Shown here in pieces: positions 26,293-35,110 of a DNA stretch of 64,000 nucleotides. Position 1 is the first letter of the stretch. Every line of letters begins with the position of its first letter. This stretch comes from an uncultured Eubacteriales bacterium (lineage in GTDB: Bacteria; Bacillota; Clostridia; Oscillospirales; Acutalibacteraceae): NCBI GenBank assembly GCA_934647945.1, contig CAKUFK010000008.1:3815-67814 (forward strand), given 5' to 3'. Under the pieces are notes generated by a model. That model had not been told where the DNA came from, did no database searches, and worked only from the letters and a program-made list of their open reading frames with translations. The position numbers and the translations under genes were made by a program.

Positions 26293-26577
26293 TTTATTTC
26301 CTCCTTTGTAAAATAAAAACACACTTTTTATGACTTCGTAAATTGAACAGCTTTACCTTTTTTATTATAAATGGTAAGGATTGGAACACACAATAGCTCA
26401 ATTTGTCTTTTACTTATATTAATTTTGTCTTGTTATCGAAAAATTTTATACACCATGTGAAAAAAGTTTACTAGAATTCCGCCAATTCAAAGACAAGAGG
26501 ATTGAGAGACTTCCAGCTCATGTTTCCTGCCGGCAGCGCATATATATGGAACACTCATAAGAAAGGCGTGATGCTCG

Positions 26578-27486
26578 ATGAACTCCAATCCCCTTTCCGA
26601 ACAGAATTTGCAGGAGATGATGGAGAGATACCGTCAGGAGATGATGCAGCTGCGGCGGCGAAGCACATTGCCCGCCGAGGCTGGTGAAACGGCCGGAGGC
26701 TCCGCCACCGCCGTGGATAATGGGGACAGACTGGAAACGACACCCGAGCTTATCCCCCCTATCCCCATGCCCCTTGTCACAGACCAGCCCGAGACCGAAC
26801 CCATCCCCCCGGCGGATACAGGGACCAGGATGGCCCCGCTGCCCTTTACTCCTCCTGAAACCGTGGACGACCTGCCGCCAGCCCGGCAAAATCCACCCGC
26901 CGTGGCCGTAGAGCCCGCGGAGCCAGAATATGAGCTCCCCGGTGAGGAGGCGCCGGCCAATGATCTGGCGGACCCGGAAGGCGACATCAGCGCACAGCTC
27001 CGGGAGGAAATGATCGAGGGACGGCTGCCGGATGGGGAAAACGAGATGGACGTCACCGGCAACGCCCCCAACCTCATACCCGTGGAAACCACCTATCCCC
27101 CCGAGGATGACCTCGCCACCCTGCAGGTACGGGTGTATACCGCCCGCGGCGCCATCCCGATTCAAAATGCCGTGGTCACGATTACCGGCAAAAATCCGGG
27201 CAACGACCTGCAGTATGTGACCATCACCGATGTCAACGGCTTCAGCCCACCGGTGGTGCTGCCGGCCATGGACCGGAAGCTGACCCTCCGGCCTGCCGAG
27301 AATATCCCCGTGACCACCTATGACGTCCTGGTCGTCGCGCCGGGATATTTCCGGGTACGCAACCGCAACGTGCCGGTATACGGCGGCACCTCCGCCATCC
27401 AGCCGGTCGAACTCATCCCGTTGCCCGAAATGGTGGACGGGGGTGAGGAACAGACCTTCTATGGCTCCGCGCCACAGGATCTATGA
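26578..27486 (+). CDS. Pro/Glu-rich protein with a C-terminal carboxypeptidase-regulatory-like (Ig-like beta-sandwich) domain
   Basis: 302 aa. The N-terminus has no obvious signal peptide (MNSNPLSEQNLQEMMERYRQEMMQLRRR), followed by a long P/E/T-rich segment. Then LQVRVYTARGAIPIQNAVVTITGKNPGNDLQYVTITDVNGFSPPVVLPA, typical of CarboxypepD_reg-like folds. Confidence 0.6.
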   Translation: MNSNPLSEQNLQEMMERYRQEMMQLRRRSTLPAEAGETAGGSATAVDNGDRLETTPELIPPIPMPLVTDQPETEPIPPADTGTRMAPLPFTPPETVDDLPPARQNPPAVAVEPAEPEYELPGEEAPANDLADPEGDISAQLREEMIEGRLPDGENEMDVTGNAPNLIPVETTYPPEDDLATLQVRVYTARGAIPIQNAVVTITGKNPGNDLQYVTITDVNGFSPPVVLPAMDRKLTLRPAENIPVTTYDVLVVAPGYFRVRNRNVPVYGGTSAIQPVELIPLPEMVDGGEEQTFYGSAPQDL

Positions 27487-27505
27487 CACGAAAGGAGGCC
27501 TCCTC

Positions 27506-28915
27506 GTGACGGGAGAACCCTATATCCCCGAAACCATCACCGTCCATCTGGGCACCCCGGATTCGAGCGCTCAGAATGTCACCGTCTCCTTTCCGGATTA
27601 CATCAAAAATGTCGCGTCCAGCGAAATCTATCCCACCTGGCCGGAAAACGCCATCCGGGCGAATGTCTACGCCCAGATCTCCTATGCACTCAACCGGGTC
27701 TATACGGAATGGTACCGCAGCCGGGGCTACGATTTTGACATCACGAATTCCACCCGTTATGACCAGGCGTTTGTTCAGAACCGGGACATCTATGACAATG
27801 TAAGCGACATCGTCGACGAGATCTTCAACAATTACGTCCGCCGGCAGGGCAGCGTGGAGCCCTATTTCACCCAGTACTGCAACGGCACGACGGTCACCTG
27901 CGACGGACTCTCCCAGTGGGGAACCGTTCCGCTGGCCGAGCAGGGGTACACCCCCTATCAGATCCTGACCAATTATTATGGGGACGACATCGAGATCGTC
28001 ACCAACGCGCCGGTGAGGATCAACGCCCCCTCCTATCCCGGGGTGCCGCTGCGCATCGGAGACGCCGGCAACGACGTGCGCAGCAAGCAGATTCAGCTCA
28101 ACCGCATCTCCAACAACTACCCGGCCATTCCCAAAATCTATCCAGTGGACGGGGTGTTCGGTCAGGAGACGGAGGACGCGGTGAAGGAATTCCAGCGGAT
28201 ATTCAACCTCGCCCCCGACGGTGTCATCGGCAAACAGACCTGGTACCGGATCGCCTATCTTTACACCAGCGTCAAACGGCTGAGCGAGCTGAACAGCGAG
28301 GGCATCCCGTTCGAGGATGTCGAGCTGCAGTATTCCACCCTGCTGCGATATGGGGATACCGGGGACGAGGTGCGGATCATCCAGTATTTCCTCGCCGTGA
28401 TCGCGGATTTTTACGAGACCGTCCCGCCGGTGGATGTCACCGGCGTCTTCGACGATCAGACCCGGGCGGCCGTGGTCGCCTTTCAGAAAACTTTCGGCCT
28501 GGATCCGGACGGCGTGGTCGGCCGCCTGACCTGGCAGGATATGTACCGCGCTTACCGCGGCATCATCGACAGCATGGAACCGAGCGATATCCGGGTCGCG
28601 CTCTATCCCGGCACGGTGCTCCGACTCGGTTCCCAAGGGGAATACGTCAGTATCCTGCAGGAATATCTGAGTTTTATCGCCCAGAGCTTTCCCGAAATCC
28701 CTGATGTACCGGTAACGGGGGTATTCGGCAACCAGACCCAGGCTGCCGTCATTGCCTATCAAAACCTGATCGGTTTGGAGCCGAGCGGCAACGTCGGCCC
28801 CCTGACCTGGAACAGTATCGCCAGCCTCTACGGCGATCTCCGCTACGGCTTCGACAAGCAGCCGGGCCAGGATCCCGGATATACCATCCCGGCCACCAGC
28901 GCCGCCGGGACCTGA
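27506..28915 (+). CDS. SpoIID/LytB-like domain protein with three peptidoglycan-binding (PG_binding_1) repeats
   Basis: In frame with ORF 27320..28915. Start set at GTG 27506, 7 nt after AAAGGAGG. YIKNVASSEIYPTWPENAIRANVYAQISYAL resembles the SpoIID motif. There are three repeats of the type GDxGxxVxxxQxxLxxI....P.I...GVFGxxTxxAVxxFQxxxGLxPDGVVGxxTW. Confidence 0.7.
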   Translation: MTGEPYIPETITVHLGTPDSSAQNVTVSFPDYIKNVASSEIYPTWPENAIRANVYAQISYALNRVYTEWYRSRGYDFDITNSTRYDQAFVQNRDIYDNVSDIVDEIFNNYVRRQGSVEPYFTQYCNGTTVTCDGLSQWGTVPLAEQGYTPYQILTNYYGDDIEIVTNAPVRINAPSYPGVPLRIGDAGNDVRSKQIQLNRISNNYPAIPKIYPVDGVFGQETEDAVKEFQRIFNLAPDGVIGKQTWYRIAYLYTSVKRLSELNSEGIPFEDVELQYSTLLRYGDTGDEVRIIQYFLAVIADFYETVPPVDVTGVFDDQTRAAVVAFQKTFGLDPDGVVGRLTWQDMYRAYRGIIDSMEPSDIRVALYPGTVLRLGSQGEYVSILQEYLSFIAQSFPEIPDVPVTGVFGNQTQAAVIAYQNLIGLEPSGNVGPLTWNSIASLYGDLRYGFDKQPGQDPGYTIPATSAAGT

Positions 28916-28964
28916 TTCTCCACATCCATATTCAAGAAGCGGAATAGAAAGGCAGGATGCGCCT

Positions 28965-29483
28965 ATGGCCTATACAGACGAAGACAGACGCAACCATATC
29001 CGGGAAGTCCAGGAATATCTGCGTGCTATCTCCTTTTTTGACAAGCGGATTCCCCAAATCGGGGTGGACGGCATTTTCGGTGCCCGGACCGAGGAAGCTG
29101 TCGCCGCTTATCAGCGCGCCCGCGGCCTCGAGGAAACCGGTACCGTGGGCCGGGAAACATGGAACTATCTCGTGACCGAATACCGGATCATCCAAAACCT
29201 GCAGGCGCCGCCGCGCTGCGTCAGCCCTTTTCCTTCTATCACCTATGTCATCCGGCTGGGGGACGAGAGCCCGGTCGTGACCATCCTCCAGGTCCTGCTC
29301 GACGAGATCGGGAAACAATATCCCAATCTGCCGCGGGTGCCTATTACCAATGTATACGACGAACCGACGATGCAGGCGGTCAAGGCCTTTCAGCAAGCCT
29401 CCAGGCGGGAGGTCACCGGTGAGGTAGCCAAGGGGGACTGGGACCATCTGGCCGATGTGTATAATGCCCGTGTATCCCCGTGA
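28965..29483 (+). CDS. Peptidoglycan-binding domain protein (two PG_binding_1-like repeats)
   Basis: 172 aa. VQEYLRAISFFDKRIPQIGVDGIFGARTEEAVAAYQRARGLEETGTVGRETW, plus a second repeat LGDESPVVTILQVLLDEI...VYDEPTMQAVKAFQ. Confidence 0.75.
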   Translation: MAYTDEDRRNHIREVQEYLRAISFFDKRIPQIGVDGIFGARTEEAVAAYQRARGLEETGTVGRETWNYLVTEYRIIQNLQAPPRCVSPFPSITYVIRLGDESPVVTILQVLLDEIGKQYPNLPRVPITNVYDEPTMQAVKAFQQASRREVTGEVAKGDWDHLADVYNARVSP

Positions 29484-29595
29484 GCTCCTGTCCGGGCAGG
29501 GGGAACGTACCGGTTCCGGATCATCGGGCCCCGTTTGTCTTTTTTACCTATATTATTTATAAACGACCGGATAATCCAAACAGGAGAGTGGTTGT

Positions 29596-31137
29596 GTGAA
29601 AAAAGCCACTTTTATCAAAAACGCCTTCATCCTCACCGCCACTTCCCTGTTGCTGCGGACGATCGGGATCTTTTTCCGCATCTATATGTCCAACAAGGTC
29701 GGCGCCGAAGGCATGGGCTTGTATCAGCTGATTTTCTCGATCTACGTCCTGGGCTCCACCTTTGCCACCTCGGGGATCTCCACCGCCGTCACCCGCCTGG
29801 TTGCGGACGAACTGGTCTGCGGGACACCCAAATCGGTCCGTCATATCCTGCATCGCGCCATTGCGCTGAGTCTCCTGATCGGTGCCGCCTCCACCGCTCT
29901 GATTTTCTTTGGGGCGGATATCATCAGCGCGTACTGGATCAAGGACATGCGGGCGGTACCCGCCCTCAAGATCCTCTGCTTCAGCCTGCCGTCGATGGGC
30001 GTCTCCTCCTGCCTGCGCGGCTATTTCATCGCCCGCCGCAAGGTGGGCAACCCCTCCCGGGCGCAGATCCTGGAGCAGGCCGTCCGCATCGCGGTGGTCA
30101 TGCTTCTCATCGACCGGTTTGCCTCCATGGGGATCGCCTACGCCTGCATGGCCGTCATGATCGGGGACACGGTTGCGGAATTCGCATCCTGCGGCCACAT
30201 GGCCCTCGGCTATTTCCTGGACCGGAGGCGGCTGAAAAAGGAAAGCTTTCCCAGCCGGTCCCCCAAGCCCGCCTATCCGGTTGTCCGGCGGCTGCTGTCC
30301 ATCGCCGCCCCTATCACCGCCGGCCGGTATCTCAATTCCATCCTGCGTACCATTGAAAATATCCTGGTCCCGAGCTGTCTGGCTAAGTATACCTCCTCCA
30401 AAGAAACCGGGCTGTCCCAGTTCGGCATGCTCAAGGGCATGGCGATGCCCCTCATCTTCTTTCCCGCCTCGTTTCTCAATGCCCTGTCCACCCTCCTCGT
30501 CCCCGAGATTTCCTCGGCCGCGGCTCTCGGGCATAAGGGCACGGTCAACCGGGCGGTCAAGCATACCCTGCATATCACCCTTCTAGCCTCCATCCTCATC
30601 AGCGGCGTCTTTACCGTCTTCGCCAAAGAATTCGGCTTACTGCTCTACGGCAGCGAGGAGGTCGGCTTCTATTTGCAGGTCCTGGCGCCCTTAACTCCCA
30701 TCATGTACCTGGAAAGCGTTGTGGACGGTATCCTCAAAGGCCTGAACCAGCAGGTCAGTTCCTTAAAATACAGCGTGGCCGATTCCACCATCCGCATTGT
30801 CCTGATCTTTTTCCTCGTGCCGGTCCGCGGGATGGAAGGATTCCTGTTTATCATGGTGCTGAGCAATATCTTCACCTCCTTCCTCAATCTCCATCGCCTT
30901 CTCACCGTGACCGGCGTCAAGCTCGCATGGGGGCAGTGGATTCTCAAACCCATCCTGGCAATCACAACCGCCGGCGCCGTGGCGCTGCTGCTCGGCCGTT
31001 TCCTGCCGTTTGTGCATCTCTCTATGCTCGTCTGGCTGATCGCCGGCATCGCATGCCTGTGCCTGATCTACGGAATCCTGCTCCCCCTGCTCGGTTGTAT
31101 CACACGTGACGACCTGCATCGCAGCGTCAGCCACTGA
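29596..31137 (+). CDS. spoVB: Stage V sporulation protein B (MOP-family flippase)
   Basis: 513 aa with a GTG start. MKKATFIKNAFILTATSLLLRTIGIFFRIYMSNKVGAEGMGLYQLIFSIY is the characteristic SpoVB N-terminus. Polytopic membrane protein. Confidence 0.82.
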   Translation: MKKATFIKNAFILTATSLLLRTIGIFFRIYMSNKVGAEGMGLYQLIFSIYVLGSTFATSGISTAVTRLVADELVCGTPKSVRHILHRAIALSLLIGAASTALIFFGADIISAYWIKDMRAVPALKILCFSLPSMGVSSCLRGYFIARRKVGNPSRAQILEQAVRIAVVMLLIDRFASMGIAYACMAVMIGDTVAEFASCGHMALGYFLDRRRLKKESFPSRSPKPAYPVVRRLLSIAAPITAGRYLNSILRTIENILVPSCLAKYTSSKETGLSQFGMLKGMAMPLIFFPASFLNALSTLLVPEISSAAALGHKGTVNRAVKHTLHITLLASILISGVFTVFAKEFGLLLYGSEEVGFYLQVLAPLTPIMYLESVVDGILKGLNQQVSSLKYSVADSTIRIVLIFFLVPVRGMEGFLFIMVLSNIFTSFLNLHRLLTVTGVKLAWGQWILKPILAITTAGAVALLLGRFLPFVHLSMLVWLIAGIACLCLIYGILLPLLGCITRDDLHRSVSH

Positions 31138-31143
31138 TCACAC

Positions 31144-31173
31144 AAAAGCCCGCTCTGACAAGCGGGCTTTTTT
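31144..31173 (+). terminator. Intrinsic terminator after spoVB
   Basis: AAAAGCCCGCT-CTGACA-AGCGGGCTTTTTT. Confidence 0.75.
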
Positions 31174-31181
31174 AATGCCTC

Positions 31182-31210
31182 TTGAAATTTCGTCCAACAT
31201 GTCTTATACT
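31182..31210 (+). promoter_or_regulatory. Candidate sigma-A promoter at the left edge of the AT-rich segment
   Basis: TTGAAA-17 nt-TATACT. It lies about 240 nt upstream of the ECF sigma gene, so assigning it to that gene is tentative. Confidence 0.3.
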
Positions 31211-31337
31211 ATAGGAGTTACCACAATTTGTATGTATTTAAATTAGGAAATAAGGGTTTACCTTTGGCAATCCATAGAATAGTCAATAAAAAATTACTGA
31301 AATTATACAATCACTACCACAAATTCCCATTTTAATT

Positions 31338-31389
31338 GTGAAACACTCTCAATTTGCTTTATCGGCCGCCTATATATTCAGTGTTTCAC
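31338..31389. promoter_or_regulatory. Perfect 10-bp inverted repeat GTGAAACACT...AGTGTTTCAC (32-nt spacer) just upstream of the ECF sigma gene
   Basis: Arms at 31338-31347 and 31380-31389. The left arm contains a GAAAC element of the kind seen in ECF -35 boxes. Confidence 0.4.
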
Positions 31390-31447
31390 GATCCATAAAC
31401 GAAGAATAGACGAAATGCATTTCACATTAGAAGTGAGAGGTGATCCA

Positions 31448-32005
31448 ATGGCAGAAGGACCCATGGAAGAAGCCTATATGCGCTTCCTGTCGGGTGAAAT
31501 GGACGCATTCGAAATCATTGTGAAGGAACTGCAGATGCCGCTCATCCACTTCATCAATCGTTACATTGGCAACACATCGATTGCGGAAGACTTGGCAGAG
31601 AACGTGTTTGTGGAAATCCTGCTGCATCGGGACCGGTACAACTTCAAGGTCAAGCTGAAAACGTATTTGTTCACCATCGCGCGGAATACCGCCATCGATT
31701 ATATTCGGAAGAATAAACGGCTCGCTCCGTATGAGGTGGACGAGGATTTCAGCCCGGATACCCGGCTCCATGCGTCACCCGAGGAAGCGTATCTGGCAAA
31801 AGAGCAGCGAGATACGATCGTGGATCTGATCCAAACTGTAAAAGGCGATCAAGGAACCGCACTATACTTGACGTTGGTGGAAAACCTCTCAAACGAAGAA
31901 GCAGCCAGAGTTATGAAGAAGAGCAAGAAACAGATTGAGAATCTGTTGTTTCAGGGCAGACGGAAAATCCGTACTTTAATTGAGAAAGAAGGGATTCTCA
32001 CATGA
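31448..32005 (+). CDS. ECF-type (group 4) sigma-70 family sigma factor
   Basis: Part of ORF 31415..32005. Start at ATG 31448, after GAGAGGTGA. Region 2: IAEDLAENVFVEILLHRDRYNFKVKLKTYLFTIARNTAIDYIRK. Region 4: LYLTLVENLSNEEAARVMKKSKKQIENLLFQGRRKIR. Visibly lower GC than the flanking genes. Confidence 0.85.
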   Translation: MAEGPMEEAYMRFLSGEMDAFEIIVKELQMPLIHFINRYIGNTSIAEDLAENVFVEILLHRDRYNFKVKLKTYLFTIARNTAIDYIRKNKRLAPYEVDEDFSPDTRLHASPEEAYLAKEQRDTIVDLIQTVKGDQGTALYLTLVENLSNEEAARVMKKSKKQIENLLFQGRRKIRTLIEKEGILT

Positions 32006-33102
32006 AAAACACACAACAATTCTGTGAGAGCATCTATCATAAATATGAACTGGCACTGGAAACTAGACGCGAAAAACAACGTGTGCGCTTCATGATCGTA
32101 CAGCGCTCGGCTGCCGCCGCCGCAGTCGTGACGGTGGCGGTGGGTTCCTCTGTATTCATCATCCATCAGAAGGACGGAAAACTGCCTGTCACGCCCGGCG
32201 CTTCCATCTCCGCGTCGAAGGATCCGGCTGGGCGCGCCCTGATCACCACCGTATCGGCGGGGCTGATGGCCGATAATTTTATTCCCAATATGATTCCGCC
32301 TAGCGGAGAGGTGCTATACAGCTCGTCCCTCGATGAGCTGGTGGGCAGCGAGGAGACCGACGGAGCCCTGTTCCGTCTGTCGGTCTCTATCTACGGCGAC
32401 ACGGAGGACGCCAAGGACGGCGTCCGCGCCCAGTGGGAGCAGCAGGGCCTGTCGGTCGAGGATCCGGTTGCTGACGTCCCCGGCGACTGCATCGTCACCG
32501 TTGACAAGGAGCAGATCGACCAGCTCGCCGGCGAAGACTTCGGTATCTTGGCCCGCCTGGCGCCCGCTGTCCGGCCGGAGGGATATGACCGCCGTCTGGG
32601 CGACCTCGCCGCCAACTGGGCCGAAACGGCCGGCGACCAGGATGTGGTAAACGTCATGATCTTTACCGTTTGGGGGAAGGCGTCCTACACTGCCGTGCCC
32701 AATTCCGACCTCTTCCGCGAAGAGGATTTTCTGTCGGCTCTCGAGGGCCTCACCCCTCTGCCCAAGCCGGCTTCGTCCCCGACGGATTCCGCGGAGTCCA
32801 TGGCACTTTTGGAGCAATACGTCGCGAACCAGACAAATATCCGGACTGCCGCCGAGGCTGTCATGAACGATGCGCTCGACGCCCTGTGCGCCCGCGTCGG
32901 CCTGACGAATATCCGTACCAGGCGCGCGGTGTTTGGGATGCCCGAGGCCCCCGCTCCCGGAGAGGCGTTCACCTGGGAGGGACACTGTGAATCCACCGCC
33001 TACATCGACGCCTACGTGACCAAGGCGCAGCTCCTCGCTCTCGCCGAGGACAGCGGTGTGCGGTATGTGCACCTCGTCAGCGAAGGATACGAGCTCAACT
33101 AG
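32002..33102 (+). CDS. Single-pass membrane protein, putative anti-sigma factor with a tandem subtilase-prodomain-like ectodomain
   Basis: 366 aa. Its ATG overlaps the sigma stop (ATGA). It has a ~35-aa cytoplasmic head with no zinc-finger motif, one TM (AAAAAVVTVAVGSSVFII), and a ~310-aa extracytoplasmic part. Two modules end in CIVTVDKEQIDQLAGEDFGILARL and TAYIDAYVTKAQLLALAEDSGVRYVHL. Confidence 0.55.
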   Translation: MKNTQQFCESIYHKYELALETRREKQRVRFMIVQRSAAAAAVVTVAVGSSVFIIHQKDGKLPVTPGASISASKDPAGRALITTVSAGLMADNFIPNMIPPSGEVLYSSSLDELVGSEETDGALFRLSVSIYGDTEDAKDGVRAQWEQQGLSVEDPVADVPGDCIVTVDKEQIDQLAGEDFGILARLAPAVRPEGYDRRLGDLAANWAETAGDQDVVNVMIFTVWGKASYTAVPNSDLFREEDFLSALEGLTPLPKPASSPTDSAESMALLEQYVANQTNIRTAAEAVMNDALDALCARVGLTNIRTRRAVFGMPEAPAPGEAFTWEGHCESTAYIDAYVTKAQLLALAEDSGVRYVHLVSEGYELN

Positions 33103-33260
33103 GCTGAAAAAGCCGTATGTCTCAGGCCGGTGCGGGAACGTACCGGCTTGCGGCGTGTCCGGCTTTTCGATAAAATCCGACAGAAATCGGGAGAGGGGGC
33201 GGCCTATGCGGTAGCGGGAAACGGCATACAGGCAACTATAGAAAGGGGAAGTTCTAAAAC

Positions 33261-35054
33261 ATGAAGTGGAAAACCAATTGGAAAAAGGGCCTGCGAAACG
33301 GGATCTGCATCGGCACGCTGCTGCTGTTCCTGTTCCAGTTCGCGGCGATGGCGCAGGAGGGCGGCACCGCTGCCCAGGAGGAGCCGTCGAAGATCTCCCC
33401 CCTGCTGCTGGAGGCCTTCGCCCAGCAGCCCGCGCCCATGAGCCTGGACGCCCAGGCCGAAGCCCCGACCGTGCCCACCGCGGTGTGGATCACCGATACC
33501 GACCTCACGGAAGCCGCGGCCGCGGCCGCGGCGAGCTCCGGCCTGCTCTCCACCGCCCCGCTGGCGGCGCCCCTCAGCAGCCTGGAAGCCTCGGCCACCA
33601 TGCCGATCTCCACCGCGCCCACCAATGAAGAAAACCCCGACGCAGTGCAGGACTACATAGAGGCCAAGCGTCTCGCGTCCCGGACACTGTACGCCGAGCA
33701 GAACGAGGCCTTTGCGGCGGACCATTTCGACCAGGAGGATATCCTCTACATCAGCCAGTACTCCCCTCTCGTCCTGGTCAACGTCACTCTGGATGAGGTG
33801 TACGACCTGACCCGGTATGACGAGGTCTCCTACCTGGATCACTACCAGTCCGGCGCGGAGCTGCAACTGACCAACGCCGTCAGCGCTTCCCGCGCCGACT
33901 ATGTGCGGGACACCAAGAACTACAAGGGCGGCGGCATCAAGGTCGGCATATTGGACGGCCACATCACTAACACGGCCGGCCTGCCCTCCTCCATCACGGT
34001 CAAGCCCGAAAACGTCTATAACTACGAGAATTGCATGCATGCGAAGCGGGTCGCTAAAATCATCATGACCATGGCCCCCAACGCCACCTATTACGCCGCG
34101 TGGGCGGACAATTACATCACCAACATCGAATGGCTCCTCTCCCAGGGGGTCAACGTCATCAACATCAGCGGCGAACTGGGAGCCCATTATCCAAATACCA
34201 TCACCTTCGCCACCACCTGGCTCGACCACGTCGCCTTCAACCACGACGTACATCTGGTGCTCGCGGCCGGAAACAGCGGTTCGGCCGGCGTCAACTCCGC
34301 CGGCATGGCCTTCAACGCCATCACCGTCGGGTCGTACAACGACCACAACGGCACCAACACCTCCAATTTCACTGTATCGAGCTTCTCCTCCTACATGCCC
34401 ACGAAACTCAACGATGTCGCCTCCAAGCCCGACATCCTGGCGCCGGGGGAGAACATCTCCATCTCGGTGGACGGGACGACGGTCGAGGCAGACGGCTCCA
34501 GCTTCGCCGCCCCCTTTGTCACCGGCACGGTCGTCTATATGTGCCAGGCCAATACCTCGATGAAGATCCGGCAGGACGCCGTAAAGGCCGCGCTCGCCGC
34601 CTCCTGCTTCGACGTCCACTACACGCCGTCGGAGACCGGCTACCGGACATGGGGGAACGGTGCGCTGAACTCGCGTTACGCCTGGACGGTGGCGAAGGAC
34701 AGCCAGTTCCGTTATGGCATCATCACCAGCACCGATCCGGCTACCTTTACTTATACCTTCTCGACCTCCTCGGCCTCCACCTATGAATTTGTGGCGCTCA
34801 CCAATCTGCGTTATTCGAAGTTCTCCTCCGGCGACCATACGGGAGATCCGGTTCATGACGGGTATCCGCCCGATCTGGATCTGAGAGTGTACAACAACTC
34901 CACCAACGCCCTGGTTGCGAGCAGCACCATGGGAACCTGCTGGAACGTAGAAAAGGTCGGCTTCCCCACCGGCGGTGCCAACACCTTCCGCATCGAGGTG
35001 ACACACGCAGGGGAACGCAGCCAAAACGGCTATTTTGGCGTAGCCTGGTATTAA
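33261..35054 (+). CDS. Secreted subtilisin-like serine peptidase (family S8) with an N-terminal prodomain-like region and a C-terminal beta-sandwich (PPC/P-domain-like)
   Basis: 597 aa. Signal peptide MKWKTNWKKGLRNGICIGTLLLFLFQFAAMAQE. Catalytic motifs: VGILDG (Asp), MHAKRVAKII (His), AAGNSGSAG (oxyanion Asn) and DGSSFAAPFVTG (Ser). The prodomain-like end LVLVNVTLDEVYDLTRYDEVSYLD precedes the catalytic domain. Confidence 0.88.
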   Translation: MKWKTNWKKGLRNGICIGTLLLFLFQFAAMAQEGGTAAQEEPSKISPLLLEAFAQQPAPMSLDAQAEAPTVPTAVWITDTDLTEAAAAAAASSGLLSTAPLAAPLSSLEASATMPISTAPTNEENPDAVQDYIEAKRLASRTLYAEQNEAFAADHFDQEDILYISQYSPLVLVNVTLDEVYDLTRYDEVSYLDHYQSGAELQLTNAVSASRADYVRDTKNYKGGGIKVGILDGHITNTAGLPSSITVKPENVYNYENCMHAKRVAKIIMTMAPNATYYAAWADNYITNIEWLLSQGVNVINISGELGAHYPNTITFATTWLDHVAFNHDVHLVLAAGNSGSAGVNSAGMAFNAITVGSYNDHNGTNTSNFTVSSFSSYMPTKLNDVASKPDILAPGENISISVDGTTVEADGSSFAAPFVTGTVVYMCQANTSMKIRQDAVKAALAASCFDVHYTPSETGYRTWGNGALNSRYAWTVAKDSQFRYGIITSTDPATFTYTFSTSSASTYEFVALTNLRYSKFSSGDHTGDPVHDGYPPDLDLRVYNNSTNALVASSTMGTCWNVEKVGFPTGGANTFRIEVTHAGERSQNGYFGVAWY

Positions 35055-35070
35055 TTCATCCAAATCTTAT

Positions 35071-35110
35071 ATAAGAAAACAGCCGCTGAGGACAGCGGCT
35101 GTTTTCTTAT
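35071..35110. terminator. Perfect 18-bp-stem bidirectional terminator after the S8 gene
   Basis: ATAAGAAAACAGCCGCTG-AGGA-CAGCGGCTGTTTTCTTAT. Confidence 0.8.

Noticed and set aside
26473-26485. 13-mer AGAATTCCGCCAA also present at 58730-58742, both in AT-rich intergenic DNA
   Set aside because: A shared 13-mer is expected many times by chance in 64 kb on two strands. There is no extended similarity around either copy.
33103-33260. Search for a shared ECF-type promoter (GAAAC...-10) upstream of both the sigma gene and the S8 gene
   Set aside because: GGGAAAC occurs at about 33216, but the spacing to any common -10-like element differs from the candidate upstream of the sigma gene (13 vs 25 nt to CTATA). 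There is no consistent motif by eye, so this needs mapped 5' ends.
33520-33545. GCGGCCGC-rich microrepeat (GCCGCGGCCGCGGCCGCGGCG) in the S8 gene
   Set aside because: It simply encodes a poly-Ala tract (EAAAAAAASSG) in the low-complexity linker of the propeptide region. It is not a regulatory repeat.
33204-35063. 619-aa minus-strand ORF
   Set aside because: It is antisense to the S8 peptidase, whose Asp/His/Asn/Ser motifs are on the plus strand. Gly/Arg/Val-rich shadow ORF.
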